Of a DNA stretch of 20,000 nucleotides, positions 8,614 through 16,172 are shown in pieces. Origin of the DNA: an uncultured virus (IMG/VR IMGVR_UViG_3300025413_000017). Lineage: Duplodnaviria; Heunggongvirae; Uroviricota; Caudoviricetes. Both the position numbers and the translations under genes were made by a program. The notes below the pieces were generated by a model. The model worked only from the letters and a program-made list of their open reading frames with translations. It was not told where the DNA came from and searched no databases. The stretch is from positions 54,654-74,653 of the IMG/VR virus record IMGVR_UViG_3300025413_000017; one strand, written 5' to 3'. The first letter of the stretch is position 1. Each line of letters opens with the position of its first letter.

Positions 8614-8941
8614 CAAGTAAACCTTCATGATAACCTAGATGACGGTTTAAATCACGACCAATACTGTCTACCTTGTGTTCTACACGGTCCCACTGGTCTT
8701 TAGAGCTAGAACCACCATTGTTTCGGTGTTGAGAAAGTAGTTGTTCAAACTTGTCATCCATGTCTGCTTTAGTAGCAGCAAGTTCTTTTTCAATTCGACT
8801 TAATTCTTTTGAATTGTGATGAGTGAAGTATTTTTGAACTACTTTAGCTAGTGCTGCTAAAGCACCAACGGTGAAAAATGCATTAGCAATATAGCCAAAC
8901 CAAACATTTGAAGAGTTAAAAAAATTGGAAGCAAAAAACAT
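8600..8941 (-). CDS. Single-pass membrane protein, DUF2746-like (113 aa)
   Basis: N-terminal TM helix (WFGYIANAFFTVGALAALAKVV), then a coiled coil, then NGGSSSKDQWDRVE...H, similar to the actinophage NGGSS-x-RD-x-x-DR motif. Confidence 0.6.
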   Translation of the reverse strand: MFFASNFFNSSNVWFGYIANAFFTVGALAALAKVVQKYFTHHNSKELSRIEKELAATKADMDDKFEQLLSQHRNNGGSSSKDQWDRVEHKVDSIGRDLNRHLGYHEGLLDADD

Positions 8942-8943
8942 CT

Positions 8944-9123
8944 TTACTCTTTAGTATAAATACTATTACTAAGATCTAGGTCATCAAAGTTGCGGGCAAG
9001 GGTACCCTCACCTTCTTCAATGATTGAAATCTTTTCAAGATTACTAACTATACTAAGAAATGCCAAAGTAGGTTTTGCAGTCTTAGGAAGTATGGTTGGT
9101 TGTTTGTCTAGGAAACGGCTCAT
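8944..9123 (-). CDS. Small hypothetical protein (59 aa; below ORF-track cutoff)
   Basis: ATG 9123 overlaps the portal TGA (ATGA), with a GAGGAG RBS 8 nt upstream and TAA at 8944-8946. Translation: MSRFLDKQPTILPKTAKPTLAFLSIVSNLEKISIIEEGEGTLARNFDDLDLSNSIYTKE. Confidence 0.75.
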   Translation of the reverse strand: MSRFLDKQPTILPKTAKPTLAFLSIVSNLEKISIIEEGEGTLARNFDDLDLSNSIYTKE

Positions 9124-11471
9124 TCAGGGTTCTCCTCATTTGAAAACTTATCTAGTCCTGCCCCATCAATCTTAGGGTAGTCCATTCCACCATCACTGCT
9201 TGCATGGGCATCAGTATCTGAAGTTGGAACCATAGCATCTGTTCCTTCTATGACTGAAGCCAAGTGTTCTTTAAATTCATCTTCGTTAAATTTTTGATAA
9301 CTATCGTCAACAATGATTTGCATACCCTTAGCAAGTTTCATACGCTTACGCTTCTTTTGCTCAAAAGGAACTGCAAACTTCATACGGTCACCATAGGTAA
9401 CAGTTTCAAAAGGTTCATCATCAAAGTCATCATCCCAACCACTTACACTGGCTGTCTTTTTCTTAGGGCCGTTCTTTGGTCCTTTTCGAGTTGACTTAGG
9501 TGCGTTCTTCTTTTGTTCGTAAGAAATCTCTGGACGTTGACGTTCTGTCCCACGGTCAGTTTTGTCAGAACCTTTAGTTGCCATTGAAGGATAAACTTCA
9601 GGTGTCTGAGTAATGTCATATGGATTGCCAGGTTGAGTCATATTTGGTGCGGCAGGCATACTTGCAAGACCAGCCATTGCACCAGGAGCGAGTTGAGCAC
9701 CAAGTGATGGGTCCTCAAGAAGCATCATATAGGACTGGTATTCCTGGAAGTATTCTGGTGGGATAGGCAAACCAAGAATAGTAAGTCGTTCAAACAAATC
9801 TTTCTTAAATTGTTGTTCTGCAACCACAGTTGCCAACTTCTCATTCTTACGTGCTTCAACTTCATCTTCAAAGTCAATTGGAATATTAACTGCAAGAGTA
9901 GCAAGTGAAATTGGGAAACCAGATGCTTGAAGTTGTTGTAGGAATCCACGTTCTACTGTTTCATCACGTAGGTTCATTGAGCGGAACCTTACTTCAGGAA
10001 TAGCAAGTTTTGGACGTTCCTCCACAAACTCTGCACCTGTTTCTTCATCCACCATTAGTACAGTTTCCATAACAGGAACTCTTTGACCTCCAACATTACG
10101 AAACTCATAGTGACCTTGACGTTCTGCCACAGGTTCCATACGTGAACGGATAAACTTTTCAATCTTGTGTTGATATGTAGAAAGCATTTGAGTAATCAAC
10201 TCACGGTTAAGTGCGCCAGATGCATAAGTACCACCGTTACCACCTTGCAATAGGTCAGCACCAATACCGAATACTTGCATAACCTTTGACTCAACACGCA
10301 TGAAGTCTTGGTCAAGTCTTGGCATAGATTCACGACCAAAAGCATTTTCAATCTTTAATCCATGGTGATATGTCATCAAACGGAAGTCTGAGTTGATGGC
10401 CATTGAAAGGTCATCTCTCAATGCTTGCAATTCAGTTGCATCTGGGATCCATGGACCGTCTTGATCTACGTCCGGGAGGCCCAAAGTAGCAAGAATAAGA
10501 GGAGAATAGAGTCTGTCAGCAATAGCATCTTGAGCGGCATTGAGACTTTCTTCCAGCATAAGCATACGAAAAGCACGTAGAAGAATAGGAGTACCATGTT
10601 CGCTCCAAGGGTTGGTCTTAAATTTCAACTGCTTCATGATTACATCTGAAACAGGAATTTCTTTATCCTCACGAGCCCATGCAACAACGTCTGGATACAA
10701 TTGCATAAGCATTGCATACTCTTGAGGTGGATCTCTGCGTTCAATCAACTTCTTGATTTCTTCAGGAACTTTAATGTGATATTGATAAGTTCTTAGTGCT
10801 CTGTTCTTTGCAACGATAACATCATTAGGGTTAATAATTTCATCATCTTCCCAAGCACCAATACCATCATGCCATGAACCCATTGCAAATGCTTCACCTA
10901 CAGTCCAGTGTTCACGACCAAGGTCAAATAGAAATTCATTGTAATCTAGTCCATCAAAGAATAGTTCATTGTAAAACTCAGAGATTCTTTTGTCTGGGTG
11001 AACTAGTTCAATATCCAAAAGTGGATAACGAGTATAAATATCAATAAGTGAAGGAACTAGATAGTGGGTGGTGTACATAAGACGAGCCCAGTCACGAATT
11101 TTACGTGTTTGTTCGTCCGGGTCCTCCATGTTGAACCACCAGGTACGTTCACGCCAATACTCAAATGGGTCGTGTAACTTAGGCCATGCCCATTGTGCAT
11201 CTGAACCTGTAGCAGCACCCATTCTACGGTTAGGCGTATTAGCCATACCACTAAGGTCAATCCCACCCATACCACCCATACGAAGGTTATTAAGTCGTTC
11301 ACGACCTTCTGTAGGCATTGATGCAACATCATTGAATAATGAACCATTCTTAGCATTATTCAACATATCTCTAGCAGCAACCCTACGTGTTATTGGGTTT
11401 CTAGGAAGAGTTATACCAGCTTTCCTCATATTATTGAGTTCAGTCTGGGCACTCCAGTCCTTATTAGCCAT
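9120..11471 (-). CDS. Portal protein (783 aa, with long disordered N- and C-terminal extensions)
   Basis: Portal-like core: IRDWARLMY...LIDIYTRYP...GEAF...HGTPILLRAFRMLM...AQDAIADR...FGIG...GTYASG...VRFRSMNLRDE. Lies upstream of the protease and capsid genes. Confidence 0.85.
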   Translation of the reverse strand: MANKDWSAQTELNNMRKAGITLPRNPITRRVAARDMLNNAKNGSLFNDVASMPTEGRERLNNLRMGGMGGIDLSGMANTPNRRMGAATGSDAQWAWPKLHDPFEYWRERTWWFNMEDPDEQTRKIRDWARLMYTTHYLVPSLIDIYTRYPLLDIELVHPDKRISEFYNELFFDGLDYNEFLFDLGREHWTVGEAFAMGSWHDGIGAWEDDEIINPNDVIVAKNRALRTYQYHIKVPEEIKKLIERRDPPQEYAMLMQLYPDVVAWAREDKEIPVSDVIMKQLKFKTNPWSEHGTPILLRAFRMLMLEESLNAAQDAIADRLYSPLILATLGLPDVDQDGPWIPDATELQALRDDLSMAINSDFRLMTYHHGLKIENAFGRESMPRLDQDFMRVESKVMQVFGIGADLLQGGNGGTYASGALNRELITQMLSTYQHKIEKFIRSRMEPVAERQGHYEFRNVGGQRVPVMETVLMVDEETGAEFVEERPKLAIPEVRFRSMNLRDETVERGFLQQLQASGFPISLATLAVNIPIDFEDEVEARKNEKLATVVAEQQFKKDLFERLTILGLPIPPEYFQEYQSYMMLLEDPSLGAQLAPGAMAGLASMPAAPNMTQPGNPYDITQTPEVYPSMATKGSDKTDRGTERQRPEISYEQKKNAPKSTRKGPKNGPKKKTASVSGWDDDFDDEPFETVTYGDRMKFAVPFEQKKRKRMKLAKGMQIIVDDSYQKFNEDEFKEHLASVIEGTDAMVPTSDTDAHASSDGGMDYPKIDGAGLDKFSNEENPE

Positions 11472-11481
11472 TGGGCTAGTC

Positions 11482-11670
11482 CTATTCTATTCCACAGCAG
11501 GGAATTCCAGGAGCCTTTTCAAATCCACAATTACTGCAGAATGCGGGCCCTCCACCAAGCATAACAATGTCTCCGCCTGACTTGTTTTGGTCAATTGGCA
11601 AACCGCTTAGAGTGTGATTTGCACCTACTCTACGAACAGCTGCTTGACGAATGTTTTGTTGACGTTCCAT
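11482..11670 (-). CDS. Small Zn-ribbon protein (62 aa)
   Basis: GGAGAAG RBS and a C-terminal CSNCG...PCC motif. It fills the gap before the portal. Confidence 0.7.
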   Translation of the reverse strand: MERQQNIRQAAVRRVGANHTLSGLPIDQNKSGGDIVMLGGGPAFCSNCGFEKAPGIPCCGIE

Positions 11671-11694
11671 TATTACTTCTCCAATTATATAATA

Positions 11695-12501
11695 TTAATT
11701 ACCGAGGAATGTACGGTTTGCGTTAAGATTTGAATATGGTGTACTACCACTAGTAACAGTAACTGATTGATAACCACTAACTACTGTACCACTAACAATA
11801 GAAAGGTTTCTAACATTTTGAATACTCATTTGACCAATGTTACCGTTAGCATCAATAGCATTGTTACCAATACCCATTGCACTATAATCAACATACATAC
11901 CTGGAATGGCCCAGTTGACAATACCTGTACCACCACTAGCAGTAATGCGATAAGCTAGTTTTGGATTTTCAACTGTACTTAAAGTATTGTTTAGAGTAAA
12001 GGTTTGATTACCACTTGTAGTTGTAATGGTTCCAGTTGCAAGTGTATTCCAGTTGGTCGAGTTATAGTTGGTATTTTGATAGAATCTATCATTACTACCC
12101 TGTAGTTGGAAGAAGCAAGTTCCACTAAATCCAGCTGTAATCCAAAGATCTACATAAAGAGTTTCCATATCTTGAAGACTTACATTTGGTTCTGGGGCAC
12201 AAACATAACTTACATCAGTAACACCATTACCATTGACATTCAAGTTGAGTCCTGGTACTGCTGAACCAACTGTTCCGCCTTGCCACTTACCATTTACATT
12301 TTGTTGTGGCCAAGGTGGTGTAGCACCACTAACAACACTACTAGAGTTAACTGTAGTTGCTGTTCCTGTTACTGCATTATTTGGTCCAATACTAGTAACT
12401 GTATTGTAAGTATTGTCTCCATTACCATAAATAGTATTAAATTGACCTGTAGGCCAAACTTTTTTACTTTGTAATGGGCCTTTACCTTCTGCTGCCTGCA
12501 T
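11695..12501 (-). CDS. Putative virion structural beta-sandwich protein (268 aa)
   Basis: AGGAG RBS. Thr/Asn/Gly-rich, with a FQLQGSND...NW...YRI motif typical of small beta-sandwich virion proteins (recalled). Confidence 0.6.
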   Translation of the reverse strand: MQAAEGKGPLQSKKVWPTGQFNTIYGNGDNTYNTVTSIGPNNAVTGTATTVNSSSVVSGATPPWPQQNVNGKWQGGTVGSAVPGLNLNVNGNGVTDVSYVCAPEPNVSLQDMETLYVDLWITAGFSGTCFFQLQGSNDRFYQNTNYNSTNWNTLATGTITTTSGNQTFTLNNTLSTVENPKLAYRITASGGTGIVNWAIPGMYVDYSAMGIGNNAIDANGNIGQMSIQNVRNLSIVSGTVVSGYQSVTVTSGSTPYSNLNANRTFLGN

Positions 12502-12509
12502 ATTTGCTC

Positions 12510-13091
12510 CTAGAGACTTAAGTAGTCTACATCAATGTCATTTCCACCTGTTTCCTGCAAAAACTTTAAAGCATTACCTGAGAAGTCATCTAAAGTGAGT
12601 TCTTCATCTTGGGGTTGTTTCTCTTCCTCTACAATCCTAGGTCTTTCAACTTTTGGTGCAGGAGTAGGGACTGGGGCAGGAACCTGTACCTTGATATTTT
12701 CAATCTTGGTTTCTAGAGATTCTAGTTTTTGCAATACAGGTTCTAATGCTTTTTGTATTGCTTCTTCGACACTAATTTCAATGTCTTCTATCTCTAGTTG
12801 TTCTTCAGTTTCCTTGTGAACAAGTTTTTCTTTTAACAATTCAACCGCATTACTCCACAGAGTTGGTGTAACTTGGGAACCAGTAAGTCTTGCCAACTTA
12901 CCTGTGGAGTTGTCCCATTCAAAATCATATTCCCTGCCAGAATAGTCAGTAATTGTTCCATAAGTCATCCAACTTAAAGAACCCTCCACCACTATACTGT
13001 TTATCCCCACCAGATTTTGTTTCTTAGAATCTAGTGAAGCTTCAAGGATTGGAGTTTGACTCACAATCTTAGCTTTACGTGTTCTGAACAT
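12510..13091 (-). CDS. Hypothetical protein (193 aa; coiled coil plus Pro-rich linker)
   Basis: Clean ORF packed tightly between neighbours on the coding strand. Confidence 0.65.
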   Translation of the reverse strand: MFRTRKAKIVSQTPILEASLDSKKQNLVGINSIVVEGSLSWMTYGTITDYSGREYDFEWDNSTGKLARLTGSQVTPTLWSNAVELLKEKLVHKETEEQLEIEDIEISVEEAIQKALEPVLQKLESLETKIENIKVQVPAPVPTPAPKVERPRIVEEEKQPQDEELTLDDFSGNALKFLQETGGNDIDVDYLSL

Positions 13092-13093
13092 TT

Positions 13094-13600
13094 TTACTTC
13101 TTAACGACCAACTCGTAATCGTTCTTGCGTTCTACACTTGCAGTACGGTCATCCCAGATAACAGCAAATTCAGCGTCACCTAGTGCAACAACTGTTCCTG
13201 CAATCTTTGACTTTGAAGTCTCAGCATAAACACGACTACCAACAAGGGTGTCTGAGCTCAACTTAGCAAGTACACCGAATGTAGCATTCTTGTGAGCTTG
13301 GCGAGTGTTGAAACCCTTTGCTTGCTTTGAAGCCATAGTAGGCTGACCATATGGTGCAGTCTGTTGTGCTGGGTTAGTGTCGTCTCTTCCGTGAGCTTGA
13401 CCTGAAGCATTATCACGGTCAATTTCTGAAGCCCAATCACGTCGCCAGTCTTGCTCTACTTGCATATTGCGTTGAGCATCGTTGCTGTCTGCATCAATAA
13501 AGTCACCTGGTAGTTGTTCTCCTGGTGCAATAAAGTCTACATCAACTGGACTAGGACCTTCAAAAAGGTCTGCAATTTTAATATTTAACTTTGGTTCCAT
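13094..13600 (-). CDS. Hypothetical protein with C-terminal SH3/KOW-like domain (168 aa)
   Basis: C-terminal VGSRVYAE...GTVVALG...FAVIWDD...VE pattern. Purine-rich leader upstream. Confidence 0.6.
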   Translation of the reverse strand: MEPKLNIKIADLFEGPSPVDVDFIAPGEQLPGDFIDADSNDAQRNMQVEQDWRRDWASEIDRDNASGQAHGRDDTNPAQQTAPYGQPTMASKQAKGFNTRQAHKNATFGVLAKLSSDTLVGSRVYAETSKSKIAGTVVALGDAEFAVIWDDRTASVERKNDYELVVKK

Positions 13601-13666
13601 TTTCTTTCTCTTTCTTTAAAATAGAGATCTATTTGCTTATTTGATTTCTAAGGGGTTTTACATTTA

Positions 13667-15718
13667 TCATCTAGGAGGTTTAGCAGTACCATTTTCATTT
13701 AGATTACTAACCTCTGTTTCTGTTGCTGGATCTTCATCAAGCATTCCTTCTGCAGCCTTATGTTCCGGTAGCCCCATTGAACCAATTTGTTTAGTATTGC
13801 CAGGAGCTCCTTGATTTACAAGGTTTGAAGGTTTACTTGGAGTTTTAATACCAAGTTCTCTATTAACTCTTTTTGCACCAGGTTGGCTTCCCATACCCCA
13901 GTTGTAACTTCCTAAACTAATAAAATCTGCATCTACAACATTTGGTCCACCAAATTCAAACTTGAATCTATCAGCAAATGAGAATGGGTTGTCACAATCT
14001 TCATGAGCATATAATGGCCTTCCATCAGGTGCAACACTTGTTTGCACTATTGGACCTCTGCCATTAACATTACTAGCATCTTCACAGAATCTGCAAGAAG
14101 GTGTAGGTTCATATGATTCATTAACATGAGTATATGCAAGTTTATTACTTGTTTTTGGTTCTTCTTTATTAATAAGTTTTTTCAAAATACTCTCCTCTTG
14201 AGATTCTGGCTTTTCAGGAGTAAAGCCACGAACAAACCCTTCAGGTGCAGACTTAAGACCACCTTCACCAATTGTTGATGGATTTTCTAATTGGTCTACA
14301 ATAGATGCATAAGCAGGTAGTGTTCTATTCTTTGTGTGTTGTCTAAGTCCTAGTGGGTTTTTAAAATATGTTTGTCTTGAAAGTAATGCAGGTCTACTAC
14401 CTACAAGACTACCAAGTCCAGAAAAAATAGATTTTGCTTTTCCTTTACCTTGAACTTCAGAACTTGCATAAAATCCTGTGCTTGCTGAATCTGGTACGTG
14501 AATACATCTTGAAGCTGGTACAGTAATGCCACCTTGAAGACCTCTAAGTCCTGAAGTTGTCCACTCAGGGTTAGGTGCATTTAATGAATTAAAGTTAATT
14601 TGACTTCTGTGTCTTTTTTGAATTGTTTCTTGACTTGTTGAAACCCAAGGGATAACTTTGTATAGTGGTTCACCCTCATGAAAGCCACTAGTAACTGTAT
14701 TTTCTGGGATTGTGCAACCTGCTGCATGTTCACCACCACGACAATTATCATCGTGGAACTTAACAGGGCATCCTTCTTTGTGAGTTGTACCTTCACCACA
14801 TATTTCATGGTGTTTTGCAATTAATTCAGGAGAAAGACTCTTAACACCAATTTCTGCATTTCTAGGTGCTGTACCAACTACCAAACCTACGTTGTGGGCA
14901 CCCCTAGGAAGGCCTGGGATTGAACCATCATGATTAACAATTGTAACAACGTGACCAATTGGGTTTCTACCATGTTCATGACACTGTTCTCTTGGGTCAT
15001 GGTCAAATTGTGAAAACAATGGGTGGTGCTCTTCAGGCATTTCAGTAGGAGCAATTCTAATTGGCTTAGGATTCTTTTGTTCCTGATACCATTCATGCAT
15101 TTGGTCTCTAGAAATGCCTCTGTCTTCTGCCTCACTAGTAATCCAGTTTTCTTCTTCTTCTTTACTAATCCCTACAGGCAATCTTGTGGTGTCACCATTT
15201 GCACTTTGTTTAGTAGCACAAATACCATTCTTACCACATACACAACTTTCTGGGTGGTGAGAAGTTTTAATTTCATTTGTTTGATAAAAAAGACTTGTTG
15301 CTTCTTGATTATTAATTCGTTCTTCTTGTTTACGAAGTTTAAGTTCTTCTGGTTTACCTTTGAACTCACCCTTGTCTCTAATCATCCTAGAACGGTCAGT
15401 ATCAAACAACCAAGTTGGGACCGGTAACCTTTGAGTTAAACCATAAATTCTATTACGTTCTTCAGTTACTGAAGGGCCTTTTCCTGAACTTGAAGAACCG
15501 CCGGTTAAACTGTCTAACTCTTCAGGAAGCATTGGTCTTTTGGTCACATCACCTTGAGAAATAATTCTCTGTACCGGATCTTTTGACCTTCTTCCAGTTC
15601 CCCTACTTTTTGTTTCTTTAGCCTTTTGAATTAATGATGTTAAAAGTTCACTACTTGGGCCTTTTATTGCTTTATCAACAAGAGCAGGGTTAATGTTGGG
15701 TTTTCTTTGTCTAGGCAC
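13667..15718 (-). CDS. Large Cys/His-rich hypothetical protein (683 aa)
   Basis: GTG start overlaps the upstream TAG (TAGTG). Tandem H-x3-C motifs plus a CRFC...HEDC cluster. Confidence 0.75.
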   Translation of the reverse strand: MPRQRKPNINPALVDKAIKGPSSELLTSLIQKAKETKSRGTGRRSKDPVQRIISQGDVTKRPMLPEELDSLTGGSSSSGKGPSVTEERNRIYGLTQRLPVPTWLFDTDRSRMIRDKGEFKGKPEELKLRKQEERINNQEATSLFYQTNEIKTSHHPESCVCGKNGICATKQSANGDTTRLPVGISKEEEENWITSEAEDRGISRDQMHEWYQEQKNPKPIRIAPTEMPEEHHPLFSQFDHDPREQCHEHGRNPIGHVVTIVNHDGSIPGLPRGAHNVGLVVGTAPRNAEIGVKSLSPELIAKHHEICGEGTTHKEGCPVKFHDDNCRGGEHAAGCTIPENTVTSGFHEGEPLYKVIPWVSTSQETIQKRHRSQINFNSLNAPNPEWTTSGLRGLQGGITVPASRCIHVPDSASTGFYASSEVQGKGKAKSIFSGLGSLVGSRPALLSRQTYFKNPLGLRQHTKNRTLPAYASIVDQLENPSTIGEGGLKSAPEGFVRGFTPEKPESQEESILKKLINKEEPKTSNKLAYTHVNESYEPTPSCRFCEDASNVNGRGPIVQTSVAPDGRPLYAHEDCDNPFSFADRFKFEFGGPNVVDADFISLGSYNWGMGSQPGAKRVNRELGIKTPSKPSNLVNQGAPGNTKQIGSMGLPEHKAAEGMLDEDPATETEVSNLNENGTAKPPR

Positions 15719-16164
15719 TATTCCCCAGCCTTAGTTTTATTAATTATTCCCTTGATAAATTCAGAAGCAGCAGAATCTTGTTTTGGCCCAGTAGAAATAT
15801 TTCTTTCTTTCTTTTTTGGACCCATCATTTCTTTTTCTATATTATTGTTTTTTCTATAGTTTTCTTCAAGGCCACCAGGTGCTTCTGTTCTTACATTTCC
15901 TGCAGGTGAACCAAAAGCATGTGCATCTGACCATAGGTCATCAAGGTCATTTTCAACATATGGTAGGTGTGCTGTGCAAAGGGTAGTAAAAGAACCTGTA
16001 AGGTGTCTAGGGTCGGCAGCTACCAACTCATGACTACAAGGTACTTTATTCCCATTCTCATCAGAAAACAATCCTTGTGCGGAACAAGTATCGCCTATTT
16101 TAACCTGACCAGAAATGAGTCTATCGTTACCTCTAAGACTTCTAATAGAGGTTATAGTTCTCAT
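15718..16164 (-). CDS. Hypothetical protein (148 aa) with C/C/C/H metal-binding residues
   Basis: Tightly packed ORF with TCSA...PCSH...LCTAH. Confidence 0.65.
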   Translation of the reverse strand: MRTITSIRSLRGNDRLISGQVKIGDTCSAQGLFSDENGNKVPCSHELVAADPRHLTGSFTTLCTAHLPYVENDLDDLWSDAHAFGSPAGNVRTEAPGGLEENYRKNNNIEKEMMGPKKKERNISTGPKQDSAASEFIKGIINKTKAGE

Positions 16165-16172
16165 TCGTTAAA

